A stretch of 32,000 nt of DNA from an uncultured Actinomycetes bacterium (GTDB lineage: Bacteria > Actinomycetota > Actinomycetes > S36-B12 > CAIYMF01). Both the position numbers and the translations under genes were made by a program. Numbering within the stretch: the first letter of the stretch is position 1; each line of letters starts with the position of its first letter. Below, piece after piece: positions 8,136 through 17,758 of the stretch. The stretch lies in contig CAWJMG010000003.1 of NCBI GenBank assembly GCA_963843975.1, positions 2,040,001 through 2,072,000 of the forward strand, given 5' to 3'. The notes under the pieces are model-generated. The model was given only the letters and a program-made list of their open reading frames with translations, had not been told where the DNA came from and did no database searches.

Positions 8136-8678
8136 TCAGCGGAGGTACATCCTGGTGCCCTCCATCAGGGCGCGCACGAGCAGGCAGATCACGAGTGCTG
8201 CCCCGAGGCCCGCCGTCCAGCGCCCTGCGTGCGCGAGGGAACGCCGCTGCACGAGCGCGACCGCGGAGATGGCCAGCGCCACGCAGAACCCGAGCCCGAC
8301 CGGCACTGCGAGGGCCTGCCACGGGGTGAGGTCGTTGACGGTCCAGGGCAGCAGGTGGTCGGCGCGGTCCGGGTCCCGGTAGACGTAGACGCCGTCGAGG
8401 TAGAACGCGGCGGCCCACGCAGCCGCCACCATCACGAAGCCGGCGAGCATCCCGATCCGCAGGCGCGGTCGGGCAGCGAGCGGAAACGCGGCGACCGCGC
8501 CGATCACGCCTCCCACGACGGCACCGATGACGACGCCGGTGTCCCGGAGGCCGAGCATCAGCAGCACGAGGGCCGCCACGAGCGCTCCGACGAGCCCGGA
8601 CACGACAGCCCAGATCCCCACGTACCGACGGCCCATCGTCCGCGGTCGTCGCCCCGCCCCGAGGCTGGTCGCCGTCAT
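8136..8678 (-). CDS. hypothetical integral membrane protein (180 aa)
   Basis: Starts at MTATSLG (ATG 8678) within track ORF 8136..9092 and has multiple hydrophobic segments. The upstream part of the track ORF is Arg/Pro-rich nonsense. Confidence 0.6.
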   Translation of the reverse strand: MTATSLGAGRRPRTMGRRYVGIWAVVSGLVGALVAALVLLMLGLRDTGVVIGAVVGGVIGAVAAFPLAARPRLRIGMLAGFVMVAAAWAAAFYLDGVYVYRDPDRADHLLPWTVNDLTPWQALAVPVGLGFCVALAISAVALVQRRSLAHAGRWTAGLGAALVICLLVRALMEGTRMYLR

Positions 8679-8739
8679 CGCATCCCCCGATCCTCGGCGC
8701 GCGCTGCGATGGTGGCACGTCCGCCAGCCGTGTCGCAGC

Positions 8740-8771
8740 GCGTCCTGCCCGATGGTGATCGGGCAGGACGC
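8740..8771 (-). terminator. perfect 14-bp stem with a 4-nt loop, directly after the MerR-family gene
   Basis: On the plus strand it reads GCGTCCTGCCCGAT-GGTG-ATCGGGCAGGACGC. It begins 5 nt downstream of the TGA at 8777-8779 on the minus strand. Confidence 0.6.
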
Positions 8772-8776
8772 ATGGC

Positions 8777-9547
8777 TCAGATCAGGGACTCGACGGCGTA
8801 GACGGCCATCGCGTCGCGGACGTACTCCGCGAGGCCGGGGCGTACGGCGTCGTATCGCGCCTTGAAGTCGGGGCTGTCGACGTACATGTCGCCCAGGCCG
8901 GCGAAGGCCTCCGCGCTGGGCGTCCAGAACTCGCACACCCAGCGGTAGTGCCCGGCGGTGACTGCCTGGACGCGCGGGTCTGCGGGGTCGACACCGGCGT
9001 CGAGGAGTACGGCGTACTCCTGGTCGCGCGTGGCGATCTCGGCCTGGACGCGTGCGGCGTCGTCCTTGCTCATCGCACCCACCCGCCTCCACGACTCGTC
9101 GATCTGCTCCTGCGCCTGCGGGCCGTAGCGCTCGACGAGCTCGGCCTCGTACTGCTGCTGCTTGTCGGCGTCGAACCCGTCGAACAGCTCCTCGGGCGTG
9201 AGCGGCGTCATGGTGGTGCCTCCTTCGATCTCGGCGATGGTGCGGCCGACGGTGTCGGCGAGGCGCGCGAGGCGGTCGCGCTCGGCGAGGAGCGCTGCCC
9301 GGTGCTCGCGCAGGACGGCGGCGCGGTCGCGCGTGCCGTCGAGCACGCGGGCCACGGCATCGAGCGGCAGGCCGAGCTCGCGCAGCACGAGCACCTCCTG
9401 CAGCCGGTGCAGCTGCTCGCGCTCGTAGTAGCGGTAGCCGTTGCTGCCGACGTACGCCGGCGGCACGAGCCCGATGTCGTCGTAGTGCCGCAGCGTGCGC
9501 GAGGAAACCCCCGCGTGACGCGCCACCTCGACGATCGACCAGCTCAT
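8777..9547 (-). CDS. MerR family transcriptional regulator with a TipAS-like C-terminal domain (256 aa)
   Basis: Starts at MSWSIVEVARHAGVSSRTLRHYDDIGLV (ATG 9547), the MerR HTH. This is followed by a coiled-coil and a TipAS-type antibiotic-recognition domain (...HYRWVCEFWTPSAEAFAGLGDMYVDSPDFKARYD). The rest of track ORF 8777..10951 is antisense to rmuC. Confidence 0.9.
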   Translation of the reverse strand: MSWSIVEVARHAGVSSRTLRHYDDIGLVPPAYVGSNGYRYYEREQLHRLQEVLVLRELGLPLDAVARVLDGTRDRAAVLREHRAALLAERDRLARLADTVGRTIAEIEGGTTMTPLTPEELFDGFDADKQQQYEAELVERYGPQAQEQIDESWRRVGAMSKDDAARVQAEIATRDQEYAVLLDAGVDPADPRVQAVTAGHYRWVCEFWTPSAEAFAGLGDMYVDSPDFKARYDAVRPGLAEYVRDAMAVYAVESLI

Positions 9548-9554
9548 GACGACG

Positions 9555-9585
9555 ACGCTAGACGTTGACGCCGCGTCAAGGTCAA
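9555..9585 (-). promoter_or_regulatory. MerR-type promoter: -35 TTGACC, 19-nt spacer containing the dyad TTGACGC-N-GCGTCAA, -10 TAGCGT
   Basis: The minus strand reads TTGACC-TTGACGCGGCGTCAACGTC-TAGCGT-CGTCGTC-ATG. The spacer was counted as 19 nt. The 15-bp perfect palindrome is at 9565-9579. The -10 ends 7 nt before the start codon, implying a leaderless transcript. Confidence 0.55.
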
Positions 9586-9634
9586 GCCCGGAGTCCACGG
9601 CCCCGTTGTCGGGGGTCGCTGGGATGGTCGGGGC

Positions 9635-10870
9635 ATGACCGAGCTTCTTCCCCTGCTCGTTGCCCTCGTGGTCGGCCTCGCCCTCGGCGCCGCCGTCACC
9701 GTCGCTGTCGGTCGCGCCTCGCGCGACGACTCCTCCTCCGCCTCGCTCGCCGCCGAGCGGGCCGCGGTCGACGCCCTCGTCACCCCCATCGCCGAGACGC
9801 TGCGCGACGTGCGCATCGACCTCGCCAGGTCGGAGCGCGAACGCATCGCCGCGCACGCCGACCTCCGGCGTCAGGTCGAGGCCACGGCCCTCGGCGCGAC
9901 GGCGGTGAGCGAGCAGACCGGCCGTCTCGCGGCCGCCCTGCGCCGCTCGGACGTCCGCGGCCAGTGGGGCGAGATGCAGCTGCGGCGCATCGTCGAGTCG
10001 TCCGGGCTGCTCCCCCACGTCCACTTCGAGGAGCAGGCCAGCAGCCGCGACGACGCCGGCACCCTTCTGCGGGCCGACCTCGTCGTGCACCTGTCGGACG
10101 GCCGCGACGTCGTCGTCGACTCCAAGGTGCCGCTGGCGTCGTACCTCGAGGCGGTCGAGTCCGACGACGAGAGCAGCCGTCGAGCGCTGATCGCCCGGCA
10201 CGCGGCCGACCTCGCCAAGCACGTCGACGCGCTCGGCTCCAAGGAGTACTGGCGCCGCTACGACTCCCCGGCGTTCGTGATCCTGTTCCTGCCCTCGGAG
10301 CCGCTGCTGTCGGCCGCCCTCGAGGAGCGGCCCGACCTCCTGCAGCGCGCCTTCGACAAGGACGTCGTCCTCGCCACCCCCACCACGCTCCTCGCGCTTC
10401 TGCGCACGATCGCGCACACGTGGCGGCAGGAGTCGGCCGCGCGCAACGCCCGCGAGGTGCACGACCTCGCGATCGAGCTGCACTCCCGCATCGCGACGGT
10501 CGGCAAGCACATGGCCAGGCTCGGCCGCCAGCTCGACTCCGCCGTCGGCGCCTACAACGAGACGGTCGGGTCGCTCGAGGGCCGCGTGCTCGTCACGGCC
10601 CGACGGCTCGCGACGATGGGCGTCGTCGTCGACTCCGAGGACGGTGGGCTGCCCACGCCGGCCCCGGTCACGACGGCCGCGCGGCCGCTCACCGCCCCCG
10701 AGCTGCAGGCCTCCGCCGAGGGCCGGCTGGCCGACATCGGCGACGCCGCGGAGCCCTCGCGGACGCCGTCGGTCGCCGATCTCGTGGCCGCCGACCGCGA
10801 CGCGCTCGCCGACGCCGGGCCTGCCGTTGCCGACGCGGGCGGTGACGTCCCGTACGGTTGGACCTCGTGA
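9635..10870 (+). CDS. rmuC: DNA recombination protein RmuC (411 aa)
   Basis: N-terminal TM segment, a coiled-coil, and the conserved RmuC core (VRGQWGEMQLRRIVE, VVDSKVPL, FLPSEPLL, ATPTTLLALLR). Confidence 0.93.
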   Translation: MTELLPLLVALVVGLALGAAVTVAVGRASRDDSSSASLAAERAAVDALVTPIAETLRDVRIDLARSERERIAAHADLRRQVEATALGATAVSEQTGRLAAALRRSDVRGQWGEMQLRRIVESSGLLPHVHFEEQASSRDDAGTLLRADLVVHLSDGRDVVVDSKVPLASYLEAVESDDESSRRALIARHAADLAKHVDALGSKEYWRRYDSPAFVILFLPSEPLLSAALEERPDLLQRAFDKDVVLATPTTLLALLRTIAHTWRQESAARNAREVHDLAIELHSRIATVGKHMARLGRQLDSAVGAYNETVGSLEGRVLVTARRLATMGVVVDSEDGGLPTPAPVTTAARPLTAPELQASAEGRLADIGDAAEPSRTPSVADLVAADRDALADAGPAVADAGGDVPYGWTS

Positions 10871-11799
10871 GCACGGAGAACGGTCGACCCGAGGCGGAGG
10901 TGCCGTCGTTCGGCGACCTCTTCGACGACCCGGACCCCTCTGCTGAGGCACCCGCCGCTCCGGCCACGGCCGTCGAGGAGCCTTCGTCGTACGACGGCGT
11001 CTCGGCCAGCACCGGCGAGGTCCGCGCGGTCGTCCAGGAGCCCGAGGAGGAGCCGGACGTCCCCGTGATGCCCGCAGGCGTCGCCGGCTTCGAGCACTCC
11101 GACGAGCCCGAGGACGAGCCCGCCGAGCCGGACGTGCCTTCCGCGCCCGCGGCCCGGGAGTCGGTCACGGTGCCGCCCGCGGTGCGCGAGCCCGAGTACA
11201 TGGACGTCGTGCCGCCGGTCATCGCCACCGCTGCGCCCGCCGTCACCGGTCGTCTTTACCGCTCGTCGGGCGCCGAAGGCCCGCAGACCGACGGCGCGAT
11301 CCCGGCCATCGACCCCGAGTACCTCGCCGCTCGCGACGCCGAGCGCGCGGCGGCCGAGGCAGCGGCCGCGAAGTCCAAGCCCGCGAAGGCGGCCAAGGCC
11401 CCCAAGGGCGCTGCGGTGCAGGGCGGCAGCGGCCTCACGTGGAGCGGCGTCGTCGTCGTCGTGATCCTCGGCACCGTGCTCGTCGCGTTCGCCGACGCGC
11501 TCATCAACAACAGCCTCGGCATCCTCACCGGGATCGCGCTGCTGGTCTCGTCGGTCTACTGCGCGCTGCTCGTGCGACCGGCCGACATCTGGGCCGCGGC
11601 GATCATCCCGCCGCTCGCCTTCCTCGCCGCAGCGCTCACCGCCGGGCAGCTCACCCTCGACAGCGCCGGCTCGCTCGTGGTCCGCGAGGGCTACATGCTG
11701 CTCAAGACGCTGGCGCAGAACGCGCCGTGGATCGTCGGCACCACGCTGATCTGCTTCGTGATCGTCATCGTGCGCCGTCGACGCGCGACCCACGCCTGA
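10858..11799 (+). CDS. membrane protein with an acidic/Pro-rich disordered N-terminus and a C-terminal multi-TM domain (DUF6542-like)
   Basis: The start is TTG 10858 or GTG 10867; the GTG overlaps the rmuC TGA as GTGA. The C-terminal 120 aa form 3-4 TM helices ending in RRRRATHA. From memory, this architecture and its position next to ispH match actinobacterial DUF6542 proteins. Confidence 0.7.
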   Translation: MDLVSTENGRPEAEVPSFGDLFDDPDPSAEAPAAPATAVEEPSSYDGVSASTGEVRAVVQEPEEEPDVPVMPAGVAGFEHSDEPEDEPAEPDVPSAPAARESVTVPPAVREPEYMDVVPPVIATAAPAVTGRLYRSSGAEGPQTDGAIPAIDPEYLAARDAERAAAEAAAAKSKPAKAAKAPKGAAVQGGSGLTWSGVVVVVILGTVLVAFADALINNSLGILTGIALLVSSVYCALLVRPADIWAAAIIPPLAFLAAALTAGQLTLDSAGSLVVREGYMLLKTLAQNAPWIVGTTLICFVIVIVRRRRATHA

Positions 11800-11880
11800 C
11801 GCGCCGCGCCGTCACTGGCAGTCGAAACGGGGCCTCTGGCCTCCGATACGACTACCGCCCCGGCCTGCCGGCCCCTCGGA

Positions 11881-12876
11881 TCAGCGCTTGCCGGCGGCCT
11901 TGAGGTCGCGGCGCAGCTCGGGCGGCAGCGCGAAGACCAGGTGCTCCTCCGCCGAGTGCACCTCCTCGACGTCGCCGTAGCCGCGGGCGGCCAGCCACTC
12001 GAGCACGCCGTCGACGAGGATCTCCGGCACCGAGGCGCCGCTCGTCACGCCGATCGTGCCGGCGCCCTCGAACCACGACTCCTGCAGCTCGCTCGCGGCG
12101 TCCACGCGGTACGCCGAGCCGGCACCGGCGTCGAGGCCGACCTCGACGAGGCGCACGGAGTTCGACGAGTTGCCGCTGCCCACCACGACGAGGACGTCGC
12201 AGCGCGCCGCGATGTCCTTCACCGCCACCTGGCGGTTCTGGGTGGCGTAGCAGATGTCGTCGCTGGGCGGGTCCATGAGCAGCGGGAGGCGCGTGCGCAG
12301 CCGGTCGACCGTCTCGATGGTCTCGTCGACCGAGAGCGTGGTCTGCGACAGCCAGACCACCTTCTCGCCCTCGGCGATCTCGATGTCGTCCGCGTGCGAC
12401 GGGCCGTCGACGATCGTGATGGCCTCGGGAGCCTCGCCGGACGTGCCCACGACCTCCTCGTGGCCCTCGTGGCCGATGAGCAGGATGCGGTAGCCCTCGT
12501 CGGCGAAGCGGCGCGCCTCCTGGTGCACCTTCGTCACGAGCGGGCAGGTGGCGTCGATGGTGCGGAGGTTCCGCGCCGCGGCCTCCTCGTGCACGGACGG
12601 CGCGACGCCGTGGGCGCTGAAGACCACGATCGAGCCCTCGGGCACCTCCTCGGTCTCCTCGACGAAGACCGCGCCGCGCGCCTGAAGGGTCTCGACCACG
12701 TGCTTGTTGTGGACGATCTCCTTGCGCACGTACACCGGGGCGCCGTAGAGCTCGAGCGCCTTCTCGACCGTGATAACGGCCCGGTCGACGCCCGCGCAGT
12801 AGCCACGCGGGGCTGCGAGCAGCACCTTGCGCGCGGGGGCGGCGTCGGACGTGGGGGCGCTCGTCGTGTCGGTCAC
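11881..12876 (-). CDS. ispH: 4-hydroxy-3-methylbut-2-enyl diphosphate reductase
   Basis: 331-aa ORF with IspH motifs: [34 protein letters not shown], and SSNS. Confidence 0.97.
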   Translation of the reverse strand: MTDTTSAPTSDAAPARKVLLAAPRGYCAGVDRAVITVEKALELYGAPVYVRKEIVHNKHVVETLQARGAVFVEETEEVPEGSIVVFSAHGVAPSVHEEAAARNLRTIDATCPLVTKVHQEARRFADEGYRILLIGHEGHEEVVGTSGEAPEAITIVDGPSHADDIEIAEGEKVVWLSQTTLSVDETIETVDRLRTRLPLLMDPPSDDICYATQNRQVAVKDIAARCDVLVVVGSGNSSNSVRLVEVGLDAGAGSAYRVDAASELQESWFEGAGTIGVTSGASVPEILVDGVLEWLAARGYGDVEEVHSAEEHLVFALPPELRRDLKAAGKR

Positions 12877-12962
12877 CCGCCCATCGTAGGTCGGTCGCGC
12901 GGGTGCGGCCTCCCGCGAAGGCTCGCGCGGCCGCCGTCGGCGCTGCCGCCTAGGCTCCGCCT

Positions 12963-14177
12963 GTGGCCCTCGACACCTCGCCGGAGCGTCCGGCCGCCGT
13001 GCGCACGATCGCGATGGCCCTCGAGGGGTACGTCGCCCGCCTCGGCGCGGTGTGGCTCGAGGGCCAGGTCGCCCAGCTCACCCGCCGCCCTGGCGCAGGG
13101 CTCGCGTTCCTCACGCTGCGCGACACCGAGGCCAACGTCTCGATCACCGTGACCGCCCTGCCCCGCGTCCTCGACGCCTGCGTGCCGCCGCTCGCCGAGG
13201 GCCAGCGGGTGGTCCTGCACGCGAAGCCGGAGTACTACCTCGCCCGCGGCACGCTCGCCTTCCGTGCCACCGAGATCCGGGCGGTCGGTCTCGGCGAGCT
13301 GCTCGCCCAGCTCGAGGCGCGCAAGAACCTCCTCGCGGCCGAGGGCCTGTTCGCCGCCGACCGCAAGCGGCCGCTGCCGTTCCTCCCCCGGCGGGTCGGG
13401 CTCGTGTGCGGCCGCGCCAGCGACGCCGAGCGCGACGTCGTCGAGAACGCGCGCCGGCGCTGGCCCGGCGTCGTGTTCGAGATCCGTGAGGTCGCGGTGC
13501 AGGGCGTGAAGGCCGTGAGCGAGGTGACGGCCGCGGTGCGCGAGCTCGACGCGATGCCCGAGGTCGACGTCATCGTCGTCACGCGCGGCGGCGGATCGGT
13601 CGAGGACCTGCTGCCGTTCTCGGACGAGGGCCTCGTCCGCGCGGTCGCCGCCTGCCTCACGCCCGTCGTGTCCGCGATCGGGCACGAGAAGGACTCGCCG
13701 CTGCTCGACCTCGTGGCCGACTGGCGTGCCTCCACCCCCACCGACGCCGCCAAGCGGATCGTGCCCGACATGGCCGAGGAGGCCCGGCGGGTGCACGACC
13801 TGCGCGACCGCGCCGACCGCGCGGTGCACGGCCAGCTGCTGGCGGCGTCCACCTGGCTCGCCTCGGCGCGCGCCCGCCCGGTGCTGGCCGACCCGTCGGT
13901 GCTCGTCACCCGTCGGGCCGACGAGGTGGCGGCACTGGTCGACCGCAGCCGGCTCGTCCTCGGCCACCGCCTCGACCGTGCCACCGACGACGTCGCCCAC
14001 GTCCGGGCCCGTGTCCGCGCGCTGTCACCGGCCGCGACGCTCGAGCGCGGGTACGCCGTCGTGCAGGACGAGAGCGGCGCCGTCGTGCGCGTGGCCGACG
14101 ACGTCGCGGCCGGCGCGCTCCTGCGCGTCCGCGTCGCCGACGGCGAGCTCGCCGCCCGCCGTGAGCCCACGGCCTAG
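12963..14177 (+). CDS. xseA: exodeoxyribonuclease VII large subunit
   Basis: GTG start. N-terminal OB-fold region ([10 protein letters not shown]), the catalytic core ([23 protein letters not shown]), and a C-terminal coiled region. xseB follows 9 nt downstream. Confidence 0.95.
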   Translation: MALDTSPERPAAVRTIAMALEGYVARLGAVWLEGQVAQLTRRPGAGLAFLTLRDTEANVSITVTALPRVLDACVPPLAEGQRVVLHAKPEYYLARGTLAFRATEIRAVGLGELLAQLEARKNLLAAEGLFAADRKRPLPFLPRRVGLVCGRASDAERDVVENARRRWPGVVFEIREVAVQGVKAVSEVTAAVRELDAMPEVDVIVVTRGGGSVEDLLPFSDEGLVRAVAACLTPVVSAIGHEKDSPLLDLVADWRASTPTDAAKRIVPDMAEEARRVHDLRDRADRAVHGQLLAASTWLASARARPVLADPSVLVTRRADEVAALVDRSRLVLGHRLDRATDDVAHVRARVRALSPAATLERGYAVVQDESGAVVRVADDVAAGALLRVRVADGELAARREPTA

Positions 14178-14186
14178 GCTCGCCGC

Positions 14187-14399
14187 ATGACCGCAGCCGA
14201 GGGCACCCCGTCGTTCGAGCAGGCACGGGACGAGCTGGCCGATGTCGTGCGCCGGCTCGAGGCAGGCGGCACGACCCTCGAGGAGTCGCTCGCGCTCTGG
14301 GAGCGCGGCGAGGAGCTCGCCACGATCTGCCAGACCTGGCTCGACTCCGCGCGCGCCCGGCTCGATGCCGCCCGCGGCCAGTCCCCCACCGACTCCTGA
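14187..14399 (+). CDS. xseB: exodeoxyribonuclease VII small subunit
   Basis: 70-aa ORF. FEQARDELADVVRRLEAGGTTLEESLALWERGEEL is the canonical XseB helix pair. Confidence 0.93.
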   Translation: MTAAEGTPSFEQARDELADVVRRLEAGGTTLEESLALWERGEELATICQTWLDSARARLDAARGQSPTDS

Positions 14400-14483
14400 G
14401 AGCTCCGAGGCTACTGCCCAAAGCGACGCTGACGACCGCCCTTCAACGACGATGTGGGCAGTAACTCGAATACGTGAGGCGCG

Positions 14484-15110
14484 TCAGCCGACGGTGAGGG
14501 CCTTGGTGAAGCCGTCGATCTCGGTCCAGGGGCCGGTGCCGGTGACGACGTAGGTGATGCCGGCGTCGGTGCGCACGAGCGAGCGCCGGGTCTGGTCGGC
14601 GTTCTCGTAGCGCGTCCAGGTCAGGGTGCCGAGGGCGACGTCGTCCTGCTTGGCGCCGTTGAGGGTCACGTCGGGAACGAAGTCGGTGATCTTCGTCGGC
14701 GACTGCTGGAGGCCGACGTACTCCGTTGCCGGGCTCACCCAGCCGAGCACGACCACCGGCTGACCGTCGGCGGCGGTGTCGATGCGCGCGCTGGTAGCCC
14801 TCCAGGTGGCCGGCAGGTCCTTCGGCGCGAGCACAGGCCAGTCGAAGGCGTCCCGCGCGCCGGCGATCACCGGCGTCGCGTCGACGACCTTGACCGGGTC
14901 CGGCGTATGCCAGTTCCACGGCGCGACCAGGAGCAGCACGACCCCGGTCACGACGAGCATCGACAGGAGCATGTCGCGCACCGTCTGGCGCAGCCGCTTC
15001 TTCTGCCGCGCCTCACGGTCGGCGGCGACGGCGGCCGGGTCGTCGGCCTGCTCGGGCCGTACGGCGGCCGGTGCCACCGCGGTCTCGGCCGCCTCGGACT
15101 GCTCGCTCAC
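14484..15110 (-). CDS. DUF4245 domain membrane-anchored protein
   Basis: GTG start at 15110, a single TM ([15 protein letters not shown]), then a conserved extracytoplasmic domain. From memory, its position between xseB and glpX matches the actinobacterial DUF4245 family (Rv1100-like). Confidence 0.78.
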   Translation of the reverse strand: MSEQSEAAETAVAPAAVRPEQADDPAAVAADREARQKKRLRQTVRDMLLSMLVVTGVVLLLVAPWNWHTPDPVKVVDATPVIAGARDAFDWPVLAPKDLPATWRATSARIDTAADGQPVVVLGWVSPATEYVGLQQSPTKITDFVPDVTLNGAKQDDVALGTLTWTRYENADQTRRSLVRTDAGITYVVTGTGPWTEIDGFTKALTVG

Positions 15111-15132
15111 GCACCCATTGTCCGGTACGCCG

Positions 15133-15543
15133 TCATCCGCGCGAACCGCGGCGGGGCACCTCGACCATGACGTGGGTTGCGGGGACGGACGCGACCGCCA
15201 GGGACCCGGGCTCGAGGCCGAGCTCGTCGACCACCTCGACGGCCATCACGCTCACGACCTGGAACGGGCCAGCCTGGATCTGCACGCGCGCCAGGAGGCC
15301 GTCGCGGTCGACCCGCGTCACGAGCCCCGCCATCCGGTTGCTCGCCGACGACGCCGGCATGCCCGGCACCTCCGGGGGCACCGCCTCCTCGGCCGCGAGC
15401 GTGGCGAGGTCGCGGCCGACCACCTGCCAGCGCCCGGCGTGGTCACGGACGGCCGGGAGGCGACCACCGTCGATCCAGCGCCGCACGGTGTCGTCGCTGA
15501 CGCCCAGCAGCGCAGCTGCCTCGCTCACCCGGAACTGCGTCAC
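15133..15543 (-). CDS. HTH (MerR/excisionase-type) plus TOBE/Mop domain protein (molybdate-binding regulator-like)
   Basis: N-terminus [26 protein letters not shown] is an HTH_17-type motif. The C-terminus [28 protein letters not shown] is a TOBE/Mop-like OB fold. It is divergent from glpX. Confidence 0.8.
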   Translation of the reverse strand: MTQFRVSEAAALLGVSDDTVRRWIDGGRLPAVRDHAGRWQVVGRDLATLAAEEAVPPEVPGMPASSASNRMAGLVTRVDRDGLLARVQIQAGPFQVVSVMAVEVVDELGLEPGSLAVASVPATHVMVEVPRRGSRG

Positions 15544-15657
15544 GTGCAGACAGTAGGACGTCGGTGCCGCGTGACGGGATGCACTCGGCGTACCTCACCG
15601 CCCCGGAACATGCCGCGGCTAGGGTCGGGGCACACGACGATCTCGGGAGCGAATGCC

Positions 15658-16669
15658 ATGAGCGACGTCAGCCGGAGCCCGGAGGCTCCCGACCGCAACC
15701 TTGCCCTGGAGCTCGTCCGCGTGACCGAGGCCGCGGCCATGGCCGCCGCCCGCTGGGTCGGACGCGGCGACAAGAACGGGTCCGACGGCGCCGCGGTCAA
15801 CGCGATGCGCGCGCTCGTGCAGTCGGTGTCGATGCAGGGCGTCGTGGTCATCGGTGAGGGCGAGAAGGACGAAGCCCCGATGCTGTTCAACGGCGAGGCC
15901 GTCGGCGACGGCACGGGCCCGGAGGTCGACGTCGCCGTCGACCCGATCGACGGCACGACGCTGTGCGCGAAGGGCATGCCCAACGCGATCGCGGTCCTCG
16001 CGGTGTCCGAGCGGCACACGATGTACGACCCCTCCGCCGTGTTCTACATGGAGAAGCTCGTCACCGGGCCGGCCGCTGCCGACGTCGTCGACATCGAGGC
16101 GCCGATCCTCGACAACCTCAAGAAGGTCGCCAAGGCGAAGTCCGAGAGCGTCGAGGACCTGACCGTCGTGATCCTCGACCGCGAGCGTCACGAGGGCATC
16201 GTCCGCGAGGTCCGCGAGGCCGGCGCCCGCATCAAGTTCATCTCCGACGGCGACGTCGCGGGCGCGATCATGGCCGCGCGCGAGGGCACCGGCATCGACC
16301 TGCTGCTCGGCATCGGCGGCACGCCGGAGGGCATCATCACCGCCTGTGCGATCAAGTGCATGGGCGGCGTGATCCAGGGCAAGCTCTGGCCCAAGGACGA
16401 CGCCGAGCGCAGGCGCGCCCTCGACGCGGGCCACGACCTCGACCGGGTGCTGCACGCCGACGACCTCGTGACGGGCGACAACGTCTTCTTCGTGGCCACC
16501 GGCATCACCGATGGCGAGCTGCATGGACGGCGTCCGCTTCAAGGGCGGCAACCCCACGACCCACTCGATCGTCATGCGCAGCAAGAGCGGCACGATCCGC
16601 GAGCTGAAGAGCGAGCACTCCTTCGCCAAGCTGCGCACCTACGCGAGCGTCGACTTCGACTCGCACTAG
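15658..16669 (+). pseudogene. glpX: class II fructose-1,6-bisphosphatase GlpX, interrupted by a 1-nt insertion near 16519-16522
   Basis: Frame 1 (15658-16521) gives 288 aa of clear GlpX sequence ([47 protein letters not shown]). The conserved C-terminus [48 protein letters not shown] is in frame 2 (16523-16669). Together they total 336 aa, a normal GlpX length. Confidence 0.9.
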
Positions 16670-16770
16670 TCGGCGTACCGGCCCGCGGCGTGCTCGCGGG
16701 ACCGGCCACGCTGCGGACACCGTTCCGGCACACTCGGGGCCATGACTCCAGCGCGCCAGAGCCGACCGTG

Positions 16771-17736
16771 ATGCGCGCCCTCGTCTACGACAGCTACGGC
16801 CCTCCCGACGGCCTGCGCATCGAGGAGCTCGAGCTGCCTGCGGTGGGACCGGGCGAGGTCCGGGTGCGCGTGGTGGCGAGCTCGCTCAACGACTGGGACC
16901 GCGACCTGCTCCGCGGCGAACCGCTCAACCGGGCCATCGCACCCTTCCGTCCGAAGCACCGCGTCCTGGGCTCGGACGTGTCCGGCGTCGTGGACGCCGT
17001 CGCGCCGGACGTCGACGGCATCGCCCCGGGCGACGCGGTCATGGCAGACCTGTCGCCGCACGGGTTCGGCGGCTTCGCGGAGTACGCCGTCGCACCAGCC
17101 TCTGCCTGGAGCCCGCTGCCCGCCGGGCTCTCGCACGAGCAGGCGGCGGCGATCCCCCAGGCAGCGGGGCTCGCGGTCACGGGCCTCCGTGCGTCCCAGA
17201 GGCTCACGCCAGGACGACGCGTCGCCGTCAACGGCGCGGGCGGCGGGGTCGGGACGTTCGCGGTCCAGCTGGCCAAGCAGGCCGGTGCCCACGTGACCGC
17301 CGTCGACGCCGTCTGGAAGCTCGCCGCCCTTCGCGAGCTCGGCGCCGACGACGTCGTCGACTACGCGGCCGAGGACTTCACTGCACGCCCTGGCGCCTAC
17401 GACACGATCGTGGAGATATCGACCCACCGCAGTGTGCGCGACTACCTCCGAGCGCTCGCGCCGGGAGGGGTCTGCTCGGTGCTGGGAGGCCAGAAGCGCC
17501 GGATGCTGTCGGTGGTGACGGCGGGGTCCATCGTCAGCGCGGCCGGCAGCAAGCGCGTCCACATGCCCGTGTGGCGCGCGAACGACCCGCGCGACCTCGG
17601 CTATCTCCGCCCGCTGCTGGAGTCCGGGGCGGTCGTCCCGGTGGTCGACTCCGTCGTCGCCCTCGAGGACGTGCCGGCCGCCTTCGTCCGCATCATGGCC
17701 CAGCAGCACGTGGGCAAGGTCGTCGTCCGGATCTGA
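16771..17736 (+). CDS. NAD(P)-dependent medium-chain dehydrogenase/reductase (quinone oxidoreductase-like)
   Basis: Starts at [23 protein letters not shown] (ATG 16771, or GTG 16768). Rossmann motif [16 protein letters not shown] and C-terminal HVGKVVV. It is merged into the 986-aa track ORF only because the glpX read-through frame lacks a stop. Confidence 0.88.
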   Translation: MRALVYDSYGPPDGLRIEELELPAVGPGEVRVRVVASSLNDWDRDLLRGEPLNRAIAPFRPKHRVLGSDVSGVVDAVAPDVDGIAPGDAVMADLSPHGFGGFAEYAVAPASAWSPLPAGLSHEQAAAIPQAAGLAVTGLRASQRLTPGRRVAVNGAGGGVGTFAVQLAKQAGAHVTAVDAVWKLAALRELGADDVVDYAAEDFTARPGAYDTIVEISTHRSVRDYLRALAPGGVCSVLGGQKRRMLSVVTAGSIVSAAGSKRVHMPVWRANDPRDLGYLRPLLESGAVVPVVDSVVALEDVPAAFVRIMAQQHVGKVVVRI

Positions 17737-17758
17737 TCCGAGCCAGGCCTGCTCGGAT
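17736..17758. terminator. 8-bp stem with a 7-nt loop between convergent genes
   Basis: ATCCGAGC-CAGGCCT-GCTCGGAT fills the whole 22-nt gap between the stops at 17736 and 17759. Confidence 0.4.

Noticed and set aside
9548-10951. N-terminal 468 residues of the 724-aa ORF 8777..10951, plus ORFs 9565..10845 (+) and 10552..11793 (-)
   Set aside because: They are antisense or off-frame to rmuC and the DUF6542-like gene and have non-protein-like composition. The MerR gene clearly starts at 9547, with its own promoter.
14776-17736. 986-aa ORF that looks like a giant fusion protein
   Set aside because: It concatenates four unrelated stretches: sequence antisense to the DUF4245 and TOBE genes, glpX, frameshifted read-through, and the MDR reductase. 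All happen to share a stop-free frame in GC-rich DNA. Only the glpX and MDR portions are protein-like.
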